64,000 nucleotides of DNA from Octopus bimaculoides (Eukaryota): positions 44,965,607 through 45,029,606 of the forward strand of contig NC_068998.1 in the NCBI RefSeq assembly GCF_001194135.2, written 5' to 3'. A model generated the notes under the pieces. It saw only the letters and a list, made by a program, of their open reading frames with translations. It ran no database searches and was not told the DNA's origin. Of this stretch, positions 25,611 to 38,270 are shown one piece after another. Every line of letters begins with the position of its first letter. Position 1 is the stretch's first letter. Both the position numbers and the translations under genes were made by a program.

Positions 25611-26289
25611 CTTCTTAGAATTACAAATATTGTAGATGTTTTCATTAGATAATTTTAACTATTTTTTTCATATGCATAAGAACTAAATGTTCAGTGTATT
25701 TAAGGACCAGCAAAGATAAGATGATAAGAGTCAGTGCATTAATTACTATATAAAGATTGCATTACTCAAATACTCACATTTATGGTTTTAGCTTGAGAGG
25801 GGTTACTTTTAATATCAATCAAGCAATCATTTAATATTTACTTATCCCATGCAAATGTAATAGAGTGAATTACCTTACTCTTTCTTATCAGATTAAAAAA
25901 AATCAATGAATATTTAGCTGTATTGACTTTAGGTGAGTATCTCTCTTACATGTAACCTAGGTAAGATTGGAATCATTCAAACACTTGTCATGTATATTGT
26001 AACCAGCCATCACAACTTAATACATTAAATGTATTTACCTATATTCCAGTGGATTATGAGAATAACAGCTAAGTGTCTTGTTCTTATAAAGAAGTGTGTT
26101 GACAAAGTTGTTTCAGTGTTGGGTAGAATGTATTGTAGTCTTCTGTCTCTTTTTGTTTTGTGCTCAAAGCCGCTGCAATTAATTTTGCCTTTAATTATTT
26201 CAGAGTTCATAAATAAAGTACCAATCAAAAAATACTGAGGTTAGTTCTTCTGACTCTGAATCAGTTACATTGCATCATAAGAAGCCATG

Positions 26290-26493
26290 GGAGAACATTT
26301 ACACTCCCCAGGTACCTGTAATTCAAAGGGCCAGCTTTGTCACATTCTGTGTCATGATGAATGTCCCATCTCCCTGAGAACTATATTAAAGGTACAAATG
26401 AACTACAACAAGGGTACACTTGTGTATTAACTTCATGAGTGAGCTGTTCCATTGATCAGATCAACTGGAACCCTAAATCACTATAACCAACAG

Positions 26494-26495
<2 letters not shown>
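26290..26495 (+). mobile_element. SINE family E 3' half
   Basis: gtacctgtaattcaaagggccagc...ccattgatcagatcaactggaaccct. Confidence 0.7.
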
Positions 26496-26589
<94 letters not shown>

Positions 26590-27413
26590 CATTTTCTTTT
26601 GCTATAATTCAACTTTTCTAGTCTTGAAGGACAAAATGCTTCCAATTTTCTTTATTATTCTGCTTATCAGCTTCTTTGAAACCAGCAACTCTTCGAAATT
26701 TTAAATTGAAAATGAAGAAAATATCTATTTTCTATTTCTCTATATCAAAACAGATTTTTAATTCTCTACTACTCTATAATATCTAATTCACTTAGGCAGC
26801 TAATGTATCAGATACAATGCTGCCAATTGATCTACCCAGACAGAATTCTTATCATTCTCGAGATCATTTTTGATTAGTCACTAAGTTTGGGGAGGTTTTT
26901 TTATGTGAAGGGTAATTTTATAAGTTTTTAGTAACAATTTATTGTCGTGTAGTTAACTTCATTCACACTATGCTCAACCAAGATATATTCTAGTTGAAGT
27001 CTATCAATCATCTCCATTGCTTTCCAATTTCACTTTATAACATTTTAATCTAATTTTCTTTTTAACTTGATGTTACATACCTACCTGTCTAATCTGCCAT
27101 TAGATAGATTAGACAGGTAGCTATGTGGCATCATTTTCTTACATCAGTCTCCATCGATGGTTGGTGCTTCTTATGTCAGCTCTGATTTCTCTTCACTGAC
27201 TGCTATCTGATGAACTTCCACTCCATTATTCACACCCATTATGATAACATGTTCTTGACATCTTTCTGTCTGAAGTAAGTCATCAAGGACACCACTGACT
27301 CATTGTAATTCTGGCATTTTTCAGTTCCACTTATTTAAATGACATAAGCTTCAGCATAAAACGCTCAAAAGGACTTGCTATTAACCAAATAGGCAAAGCA
27401 GTTATCCCTTTTA

Positions 27414-27931
27414 TTAGGTTGAGGAAAACGTTTGTGTGCCATGTTAAAATAATGCTTTTTTTATATATTTTTGTGGTGTGTGTGTTCATTCAGTTCATGT
27501 CATGTTCAATGGTGATTCACTGTGTTTGTTGAAAATGGGCTTTGTTTGAACAAGACAATGCAAAGCCACATACCGCCAGAAAGAACAGCAACAAGATTGA
27601 AGAATTGGACGGTGTGGAAGTTCTGCAGCATCCAACCTATAATCCAGACGTTGCTCCATCTGACTATGGTCTCTCCCAATTAATGCAGCACTTTATGAAA
27701 GGTCACCAATTTGAGTCATTTGATGAAGTTGAAGAAGCATGTCAAGAATTTTTCGATTCAGTGCTGAAGGATTGGTACTTTGACCAAATCTGAAAGCTTG
27801 CAGATCATTGGCAGAAGGTCATGGAAAATTATGGTCTTTATTTTGAGGAATAGTTGTTGTTGTTTTTGAATAAATTCTTGCATAAAAAATCATTATTTTA
27901 ACACTGTGCACGAAATTTTTCCTCAACCTAG
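27414..27931 (+). mobile_element. Internally deleted mariner (Tc1/mariner) DNA transposon, 518 bp, non-autonomous
   Basis: Left TIR ttaggttgaggaaaacgtttgtgtg (27414-) matches the reverse complement of the right end tgcacgaaatttttcctcaacctag (-27931); TA at 27412-27413 and 27932-27933. Internal frame 27542-27853 encodes the transposase C-terminus QDNAKPH...HPTYNPDVAPSDY...I*KLADHWQKVMENYGLYFEE* (mariner HDNARPH and YSPDLAPSDY motifs). Confidence 0.92.
27542..27853 (+). pseudogene. Mariner transposase C-terminal fragment with premature TGA at 27791-27793
   Basis: Second and third catalytic Asp motifs present; N-terminal DNA-binding region and first Asp absent; reading continues in frame past the TGA to a TAG at 27851-27853. 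Confidence 0.88.
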
Positions 27932-28684
27932 TAATTATAATCCATAAACCTAATGAAAATAGCAAGAAGAAAATTTTTATTTGTTGTTCAACATTTAAAT
28001 ACCTTGCTATCATATCCTTTCTTCCTTATGATTTTTGTTTATTTTATTTTATTTATTTTATTTTGAATTACAACTTCCTCTGAAGAGTCCTATTTGTTTA
28101 CATTTGTTCTGTATAAAACTGCTTGTGTCAAAAAGCAATGAATTCTTAATTATTAGTTTTTTGTTAAGAAGAAATTAGGCTTTATGATAAATATATTGAT
28201 AAGCAATTTTGTTTTAATCATTGTAAAATATTTAGAGTAGTCTGTAGAAGCTTAAATCAGTGGCGTATATGTCTGCTTGTTTATAAAGAGTTATCAGCAT
28301 TGTTCTGTGTTCCTAACAAAGAGCTCTAACCACAACTACTGAGTTTATCTAACAGTTTACAGGCACTAAAGTGGGGCAAGTTCACTGTTACAAAGAATGT
28401 AAATAATCACACTTAATATATGAACTTATGAGTATATTCTGAAGAACAGGCTCTGCCAGTTTATGTTACACTAGACATAGAACTGGTACATCGTCTTTGT
28501 TGCTTCAATAATTCTAAAAAGTTTGCTGCACATTCCTTCCTACAATACTGATAGGTTTATAATGTGTATTTCATATTATTATATATAAGTTTTTATGAGA
28601 TCATAACTTCAACTATTATGAAAGATGCCAGCTCATCATATTATTTCAGCAGTTCTGGATTAGCAGAACCAGTACAATGACAGA

Positions 28685-28815
28685 TAATAACGGTTTCAAA
28701 GTTTATAAGTATACCAGCAATTTCAGCGGAGAGATAAGTTAATTACATAGACCCCAGTGTTCAGCTGGTACTTATTTTATCAAACTCAAAAAGATGAAGG
28801 GGGAAGTCAACCATG
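28685..28815 (-). mobile_element. SINE family C tail half
   Basis: ataataacggtttcaaag...gaccccagtgttcagctggtacttattttatc...aagtcaacc. Confidence 0.7.
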
Positions 28816-29823
28816 CCATTTCCCTTCACTGAGTTGTATCCTAATTTCGTTTCCTAGGTAAAACTATTAAATTTTTACACTCACTTTGTCTCCAAAGGAA
28901 ATGAGGATTTAATTAGATTACATGACACTATATATCAATCACAACTCAAACACAGGGCATGTACAGAACAGTGTTGTTAACATGTATGCATGAATGTACA
29001 CACATAGTAATTTGTGCTTATGTGTTATTCATCTTTTGAACATATTTCAAACTCTCGTATTGCATCCACTTGTATACATGCACACACATATGCAATGCAG
29101 ATACACACATATCAAACATTTTGGGAAATAATTTTATTTCTTTAAAGAAGCAGTAAAATAATGATAATTATAACAATAAAATAAATTATATGTTTAAAAT
29201 TAATAAAAATATTAGATTAGTGTCTCTCCTTTTCATTTCCTAAATATTGTTTTATAAATTATTAATTCGCTGTGCTAAATTGGTGTTTATATTTCTTGCT
29301 TTAATATTAATAAAATTAACAGATGTTTAATTTGACAAAAAATAGCTGTGTTTAAGTTTATTTTCTAAATTCTATATAAATTGATTTTAATATTGTAAAT
29401 TCATTTCCACAGTATTTTATTTTAGTCATTGAAGTCAAATTAACAATCTGAAAATCTATTAACTATTTGCTTTGATCAGTCACATGTATAGTATAACTAT
29501 ATGGTTGTTACTGAAAATAACAGATGAATTCATTTAGTAAAAGATAAAGCAGTGTTTCTCAACTCCTTTTCACCTAAGCTCCACTTCAATTGCATTTTGA
29601 GAATTATGATGTGCTGATTTAGAATGCCTTTGCTATAAATTTAACTATAAATTTAGGCTCTTAGTAATAGATGATGGAGAAAAACATTTTATTCATTTTA
29701 ATCACTCTATCAGTTGCTTAAAGAAGAAACTTGCCAGTCATCAATCCCTAATATATGGTTTCAAGTACTTCCATCATCCAACATTCTCCTATATATAACA
29801 TATTTTTATTCTAGAATTAACAG

Positions 29824-29895
29824 GTATGGCTGTGGAGTTAAGAAGCTTGCTTTCTAACTATGTGGTCTTGGGTTCAGTCCCATTGCATGGCAAGT
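29824..29895 (+). mobile_element. SINE family B head fragment
   Basis: tatggctgtggagttaagaagcttgct...gggttcagtcccattgcatggcaagtg. Confidence 0.7.
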
Positions 29896-30267
29896 GTCGA
29901 GTTAGAGATAGATCTGCATGAAACCAAATTTTAGATTAACTCATTAAATAATAGAATGCAAAGTCACAAACTTTGCTATTAATTCATCAAACTTATTAAA
30001 TGAAAATAAAAAGAAGCCGTTCTTTGAATGATACTAGAAATATAGAAGAATGCTTTAAGAAACTGTAAAAAAATATCTGATGAATTTAATTGAATATACT
30101 GCATACTGAAAGCAACTCAGATATGGACTTTTGTTATGAGTTGTAAAGCAAAGGATAGACTTAGTACATTGGACACAAAATAAGGATTTATTTGCTACCC
30201 TGAATATCCTAAACCAATCAAATAACTGAGAATATAAGTGGCAAGGGATTGCCCTCTCTCTTTCTCC

Positions 30268-30329
<62 letters not shown>

Positions 30330-30404
30330 NNNNNNNNNNNNNNNNNNNNNNNNNNNNNNNNNNNNNNNNNNNNNNNNNNNNNNNNNNNNNNNNNNNNNNN
30401 NNNN
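30330..30404. other. Assembly gap (75 N)
   Basis: N-run after (CT)n(TA)n. Confidence 1.
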
Positions 30405-31074
30405 TAAATGAAGATGAAATAATCTAAGTTCTACATATTCTTTTATATTTGTTCTACTTAAAACTTTAAAATGTATCTTACATCCAGATGATACATAAAA
30501 AATAATATATTATTGAAATGATTCTTATATATGAGATTTATCAGCAGGATAGAGGGAGAAAAATTTATATTTGTAAAGAAAAAAATCAGCAATGAAATCG
30601 AAGATTTTAAGAATAAATGATTTTATTCTTTCCAGCACTTTTTTTTTTTTTCCACTTAGAAATCTACATTAATTTTTAAAACACAAATGTTTACTACTGA
30701 AAAAAAATGTTACTCTATTAGTCTTATTTGTTAATCTTGTTCAATTTAGAAATTTAACTAATTGAATCAGCCAAAGTCAATGTAAAAATGACTAGTTAAA
30801 TTTTGTACAATTTCAAGAATGTAAACAAATGTTTTCCTAAAATTTTCTTGTTGGTGTTAAAAAATGAAATGAGTTTAAAACTTTTTCTCTCACTCTTTGT
30901 ATTAAGAATATAAATGATGACGATAACTATAATAATAATAAAAAAATTAATTCCTGTTTAACAAAAAGCTTGACATGATAGAAAATTTCTGAGGGGATTT
31001 CTAAATGCAATGCCATCAAATTAGGTAGGACTAATTGCAAAAAGCAAGACAGCTAAAAAATTTTTTTGAAATGT

Positions 31075-31670
31075 TCCCCAGTGTAATTTATTGACCCTGA
31101 AAGGATAAGAATCATCAGTGAAATTTGAACTCAGAATGTAAAGATGGGTGAATTGTCACTAAGAATTTTGTCTGTCATGCTATCAATTCTGCCAACTCAC
31201 CATTTCAATTATTAGAGTGATGATGATAATCCTTTCTATTATAGGCACAGGGCCAGCAATTTTATGGGAGGAGATTAGTTGATTACATGGACCCCAGCAT
31301 TTAACCAGTGCTTATTCTATCATTATTGAAATGATGAAAATCATAGTCAACCTTGCCAAAATTTGAACTCAGAACGTAAAGACAAACAAAACATTGCTAA
31401 GTATTTTGTCCAGTGTGCTAACAATTCTACCAGCTCAATGCCTTAATTATAATAATGATAATAATAATGGTTTCAAATTTTCGCATGAGGATAGTCATTC
31501 TGGGGTGGGATAGTAAGTCAATAACACCGACCACAGTGGTCAACTTGTACTTATTTCAATGACCCCAAAAGAGAAGAAAGGCAAAGTTGACCTTGGCAGA
31601 ATTTGAGCCCAGAACATAAAGATGGATGGAATGTTACTAAGCATCTTGCCCTACAGGCTAACGATTCTGG
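31075..31670 (-). mobile_element. Three head-to-tail SINE family C copies
   Basis: Units ~31075-31207, ~31225-31443, ~31466-31670, each with aatttga(a/g)c(t/c)cagaa core, separated by (GAT/AAT)n tracts. Confidence 0.8.
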
Positions 31671-31975
31671 CTGACGATATGTGCATCTCTGATCATGAGC
31701 AGAAGTAGTGGGAGAGTATTAAATGTACATTGTTTTGTCTTGGTATAAAAGATGGACTGCAACAATTATTCTGCCCATTACCACACATTTGCTTGTCACT
31801 TGTTTGATCTTAACCAGTTGAGCATGTCCCTTGGTGGCTGATTATATGTGCATTTCTGATCATGAGCAGAAGTAGTGGGGGAGCATCATAGCCATGTGTT
31901 GAAAGGAATTCTTTGGGGTTTGGGTAATGCACATTTGGAAATATGGGCGTTTTGTTCAACATCCTTAAAGAGGGA
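31669..31975 (+). repeat. Interspersed repeat with a duplicated 44-bp core
   Basis: ggctga(c/t)(g/t)atatgtgcat(c/t)tctgatcatgagcagaagtagtggg at 31669-31712 and 31836-31879. Confidence 0.7.
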
Positions 31976-32963
31976 CCTTTTGATGGCATGCATTGCTCTC
32001 TCACTCAATAACAATAATAATAATTATTATTATTATCATTATTTTAGTTCCACCCATGCTAACATGGAAGGCAGACATTAAAAAATGATGATTATTATTA
32101 TTATCATTATTTTAATAATAATTTCTTTTATATTATAATAATAATTACTAATATAGGCAAGACCATTTTTATGATGATAAGGATGAAAATAATAAGTAAT
32201 GAATTGATGATAACATTCAAATTTTGTAGAGTATCTAGCCACAGCAGTTTTAGACAGACTTTGCTTTTGTTTTGTGAAAGCTTTTTGAAAACTATGAAAA
32301 ATGGCTTATTTATGTTTTTTACCATAAATTTCTTTAGTCATTTATCAACAAATAAAACATTTGTGAAGAGAGAGATAATTCAATTTTTACATTTTTATCT
32401 TTAATACCTGCTTTTTAAAAATTTTTATTTATTTTTTCTATTTTTCTTTGTTTTATTGTATTTTATTTATCTTATTTTTTTCTTCTTTTTGTAAAGAGCT
32501 TGTCAACAAAGATTTTAAGAACTAACAGGGGATCAAGTTGAATGGAATATCATTTCTATGTAATCCGCTCATAGATAAAATAAGATATTGCACATGTCAG
32601 CCATTATATATATATATATATATAAATATATATATATATACATATTATGCATGATATTTCAGTTTAATTTTATCTGTCATTATTATATTTATTAATCCAT
32701 ACTATATCCAAATTAATAACTGATAATTGTTATTGATTAATGTTAGGATCAATATGTTCCTCTATTTCTAGTAGCTGTATTCCAATTGCTTATAAGTAGT
32801 TTTGTTTTTCTTTTTTTCAACTGAAATACATTATTTCTTTTGTTATCTGATATCAGAATTCTGTTTGAGAATGTAATTGCAATTACATTTGTAGTTGATA
32901 TACTTTAGATTTAAATTTTTCTAAATTTATTTTGTAACTAATTTTTATTTATTTTCTATTCAG

Positions 32964-33023
32964 TCATCAGATATCAAATTTCTTCAAAAGCATTACAATG
33001 AATATGCTATTATAATAATTGTT
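32964..33023 (+). CDS. Candidate symmetric exon, phase 0 (SSDIKFLQKHYNEYAIIIIV)
   Basis: Strong acceptor tttttatttattttctattcag, donor TT|gtaaga, 60 nt. Confidence 0.25.
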
Positions 33024-35092
33024 GTAAGATCATTGGAGTTATATCCCACTTAATTGATGCATTGTAAACAAGCAACATTTTCAGGCTATTTGAGAATTTT
33101 TTTTAACTACATGGTTTATATATATATATATATGTATGGATTTCTCTTAAACTATTTTATCTATATTTATTAATAAGTTTTAATTTTTAACAGTATTTTC
33201 ATGTCATGTCATCTTCTCACTCCTACTTCAGTATACTGTTTTCCATCCAATAGACTATATTACTTTTTTGCTTTAAGATATAATATTTATTACATGATAT
33301 TTAACTGGATTCAGACTTTCAGAGAGTGGGAGCTTGAATCCAGTTATAGTTTAGTATTCTATCATGTATATGAAAATAATTCTTTTGTCTCTAGTCACCT
33401 TGTAGATTTTTAATATAAATAATAGGTGAAAGTTGAAAGGTAGCCAAAGTAAAGTATTTGATATTGTTTATTTTTTACTTACAATCCAACTTATAGTCCA
33501 ATGCCAGCTATTTAAAATTTTACTATAACCTTAGTTTGGAGATTAAGACTGATATCACATGCCCAAGTTAAGCATATTACTGGAATGTGGGTGAGATGGA
33601 TATTATTGTTCCATCACATGTACAAATAATGTTTCCTCATTAGTACAGCTCAGATACAGTATTATAATGTAAATGAATTGAAGTCAAAGTTAAGTTTTCA
33701 AAAGTTATGTATAAACTTAGGTTTACATAAAAAATGAATGAAATGAAATAGGATAGAATAGTGAATAGTGATAAATTTATGTACTAAACTCGACTTGTTC
33801 AGCAACATTGAAATGTTTTTTGGTAAGGAAGTTCATCCAAACTGGTAAAATTTGCTTGATACAGATGAATCCCATATTCAATGGCTGAGTAATTCCATTA
33901 CACAGTAGATGACGGCTTCACCATTAACCAAACAAAATCTAACCAGTTTGAATGAACTTATCTGAGTGTTATTTTTAAATCTATTAATTTAGAGTGCATC
34001 ACTGAGACATAGCAAGTAGTTTATTTAGTGTTTTTTTATTTAACATATGTACATTTTATTTGTTATATTTTGGTTTTTAACTGAGCTCTTGTCAGCTCTG
34101 ATTGGGCAGACCTTTAACAGACTTATAACACAGAGATAACTAAATGAGGAAAAATATTCGAAATTTTCTTCTTTATAGTAAGACATGCTGGTCTTGGACT
34201 TGAAACATGATTCTGATTTATAAATAGTAATAGTGTTTCAATAGTGTTTATTGAGAGTTATTTGACTTTGATGTGTATTGTAGAGGCCAAGCAACTATTT
34301 AGAAAGGTAGAATCTCAAATAATTGTAAACTGGTGTTGGCCTGTATTGGTAAACAATTAGTTCACAGGAGTGTCAATAATAAGATCAGTTACTGTGAGGA
34401 GTGAAGAATCTAGTATTTTGAGCCCTTGCCCTTCATCTGAGAGAGAAGAGAGAAAGTAGTGCTGTCACTCGAATTGTTAGTAAAAACCAACTATACTCCT
34501 GCACTGCTTGTTATTTGTGGTGGTTGTTATTGGGAAGGGGAGGAGAAACTATAATCAGATTCTGTTTAACTAATTCATTTAAGTATGACATAACCATGAG
34601 AATTTTCATAGCAATTGTATATCTATATATCAATAGTTGTTTAGATTTCACAAGAGATTAAAACATCGATATCACATGGTCTAATAAAACATCAATACTG
34701 ATTGGTGTGGGTAGGAACATTAATAGATATTAATGTTCCATAATAGATAGTATTTTGGTGCAGCAGTGCATGCTTTACTAGCTTTTCTACAGGTGTTGAT
34801 TTATGAATAATTTTCATTTGATTAACAGCCAAGTAGTGAGGCCAGTCATATTAAATAGCAGTTTTTTTTTTTGTATTCTGTTTTTTATCAATCCTTGTGA
34901 CTGATGTGATTTTAAATAATTAGTAAGTAGGAACATCTCAAAATCGTAATGAATTTTTTTTTTTTATGACTTTACTCATCACTAAGTCATCAAATGTCAT
35001 TTTGCCAGCTGAATACAAAAACCAAATTGTTCTCATAAAAACCTGTAAGACATTGCCTGGTGAATAGTAGAAAGCCAACTATAGAGATTCAG

Positions 35093-35500
35093 CTCTTTTA
35101 CTCTTTTACTTGTTTCAATCATTTGACTGTGGCCATGCTGGAGCACCTCCTTTAGTCGAGCAAATCAACCCCGGGACTTATTCTTTGTAAGCCTAGTACT
35201 TATTCTATCGGTCTCTTTTGCCGAACCGCTAAGTTACAGGGACGTAAACACACCAGCATCGGTTGTCAAGCAATGCTAGGAGGACAACACAGACACACAA
35301 ACATACACACACACACACATACATATATATACACATATGTACGACGGGCTTCTTTCAGTTTCCATCTACCAAATCCACTCAAGGCTTTGGTCGACCCAAG
35401 GATATAGTAGAAGACACTTGCCCAAGGTGCCACGCATTGGGACTGAACCCAGAACCATGTGGTTGGTAAGCAAGCTACTTACCACACAGCCACTCCAGCT
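35093..35500 (-). mobile_element. SINE family B, near full length (tRNA-like head, internal CA/TA microsatellite, conserved tail)
   Basis: Minus strand head ggagtggctgtgtggtaag...gggttcagtccc with A-box TGGCTGTGTGG and B-box GGTTCAGTCCC; near-identical copies elsewhere in the window. Confidence 0.88.
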
Positions 35501-36469
35501 AAAATGAATTATTGTATAAAAAGAAGTAATCCAAACAGGAAATTTATAAATTTGATTAATATTTTCTGACATAGATGAAATTTAGGCAGTGCTCTATTAT
35601 AGCTGCATTTCAATGCTTCAGCCAATGGACTGTGGCTGTGTTAACATATCACTTAATTTACATCTAATATATGAGAAAAATATTGTTAGTCAAAATATAG
35701 GATAATTATATATAACCAAAATATAGGGATAATTTTAACACAAATTAACTTAAACATCCTAATTCTTGTGCCTACTTTACAGTAAACATGTCTTGCTTCA
35801 GGACTAAACACAAAATTACCTTTATGCATGTGATTGGTATTTTTATGTACTTGTGAAAACATAAGGTCGTGTTTTGTATAGTATGTGTTAGTTATAAGTA
35901 ACTTTATAATGTTTTAAAATCTTTATCTTCTTTAGATGAATATCCACCAGTTGATTAAGGCCATGATTCTGGAATAAGAAGCATTATTTTTCAGCATAAT
36001 TTTTTTCAAAGCCTTTTTATTTTATCTTATATCTTATTTCACTTGTTTAATACATATATGTTTATCTTTTGTATTTTTAGGTAAGTTCTTTTACCACCAC
36101 AATGGAATATTTACTAGATGTTGTTTAAAACAGTATTCCAAAGAACTGTGGAAGGGTTAAGTAAGTTTGTTCATTTTCTCTCCATGTTGAAATACTCCAC
36201 TGCTCAAATATTTGTATAAATTGCTTCTATTTTATATACAAAAGTCTTAAGCCCTGAAGATGAACAAATCAATGAAAGTTTTTTTGTTTTTAATTACAAC
36301 TTTAAATATTATTCAAAATTATACTTAATTTGAAATAAAAAGTGTTAAAAAGGATATATTTCTTTGAGCTTTTCCGAATTTAAGTGCATTTCACTCAGGC
36401 TTTTGGAATATTGTCAACAAATTTTCTTTTCTAAAAACTATTCTGAAACTATGTTATTATTGTTGTTAT

Positions 36470-36511
36470 TAATATCATCATTATCATTATTATATATATA
36501 TGTATGCATGC

Positions 36512-36542
<31 letters not shown>

Positions 36543-36575
36543 ACTACATATTTACACACACATACACACACACAA

Positions 36576-36624
<49 letters not shown>

Positions 36625-36648
36625 TATGTGTGTGTGTGTGGCGTGTGT
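36470..36648. repeat. Compound (ATT)n, (TA)n, (CA)n, (TA)n, (TG)n microsatellite
   Basis: Direct reading. Confidence 0.9.
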
Positions 36649-38084
36649 TTGATTTTGGAAACTTTATTCTTTCAGAAATAATTTCCATTTTCATCTATTA
36701 ACGTTATATACTTCTTGTATGCTCAGATATATTAATTTAAAAAATAGCTTAGATATTTACAATAAAAATATCTGCTTGATGCATTGTTTTCTATTTACTT
36801 GTGTTTTCGTTCTCATTTTGAGTAACTAAAAATTTTTAAAGTAATTTTACATTCATTTACCTTACATTCATTTACTTACGTATGACATCTTCAGTATATT
36901 AAAAAAAAACATTTCACTTTAAATGTTTACCAGAGGCATAGTTCCTTAATACTGAAATAGATTATTACTTATTTTGAAATAATTTTTTTCTGTATTTTCT
37001 GTATAAATTTTAATGTGTGAGTAAAGAAAATGTCACACAATGTTACCCTCTATTTCTCTCTCCTTTAAACACAACTAAATTTGTTTGTTTTTGAAAATTT
37101 TTTTTTTTTTAATTTAAAGTAATATTAAGGAGTAAATATCCAAACGTGTGAGATGTGTTTCCAACTGTTAACCTCATCTTTAGAGATGAACAGTTGCACA
37201 ATATTTAAATCTATTTTATATTTCAGTCAGTTTTTGTATCTAATCATTGGTGTGTGTGTGTGTATACAGTCCAAAACTGGATTCAAGCTAGAAACCTATA
37301 TTTATATACTGAACTTAAAGAAATTCTTATTTACCAAGCTACTGATGAGGTTGATACGGCGAAATTTCCTCTTGCTGTTTTCAGGCATGTTGCTTAACTT
37401 TCAGACCTCTCCCCAATGCACTATTCTTGGTGAGGACTTTACTCCTACTACACAAATGGTCTCCCTTAGGAATGAGTTCAGAACTACTTGTATATTTTAT
37501 TTCCACTACTCTGTTGACATTCAGAAGTTTTGCATCTGTTAAATTCAATGATATCTTTTAAAAACACTTAGTGTCTGAATACTTTTCAAATTTTCATATA
37601 TAATATCAATAACAGCATTTTGTCCATCTTTGAAGAACTCTATTAATCTATAATGTACTGGCTGGTAAAACTGAGCAACTTATCATTAGAAATTATTGGT
37701 CACTGATTTTAGATTTTAAATGGCAGCTTGTCAATATTGTATATGTTAAATAAAAGTTAAATTGAGTTATTGAATACAGTAGCTTTCATTAAATTTCTGG
37801 TTTGTTTAATCAGGCAATATTTTCTTCTATATGACATGAGTTTTGTGTTCAGTTTTCAACCTTTTCATTTTTTTTTTTTTAATTTTACTTTAATTTTTCT
37901 CACTATCAGGCAAGAGGAAATGTGTACAATTGCTATATCCATGGCTTTATGGTTAAGAAATTCATTTTTCAGCAATATGACAAGTGTCTTCTACTATAGC
38001 CTTGTGTTAACTTCTACAACTTTGGTACATTTTGACTAGAATTTCATACATGAAAACTGTGCAGAAGCTCCTTATGTGTTTGTA

Positions 38085-38270
38085 TGTGTATATATGTGTA
38101 TATATACATATTATATAATATATCGGAGAGCATGTAAAAATATACATATATATGTAGTGTATATATGTATGTATATATGTACACACACACATATATATAT
38201 ATATATTTATACACATATACATACATATATGTGTGTGTTTGTGTGTGTGTGTTTATATGTGTATATGGGT
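38085..38270. repeat. Compound TA/TG/CA microsatellite
   Basis: Direct reading. Confidence 0.9.

Noticed and set aside
16044-26238. Further splice-flanked open segments (about 16159, 16963, 22751, 23679, 26050)
   Set aside because: One weak splice site each and no recognisable product; expected by chance at this AT content.
37153-37542. 129-aa ORF
   Set aside because: F/L/I-rich low-complexity composition typical of T-rich non-coding DNA; only a weak 45-nt exon candidate inside.
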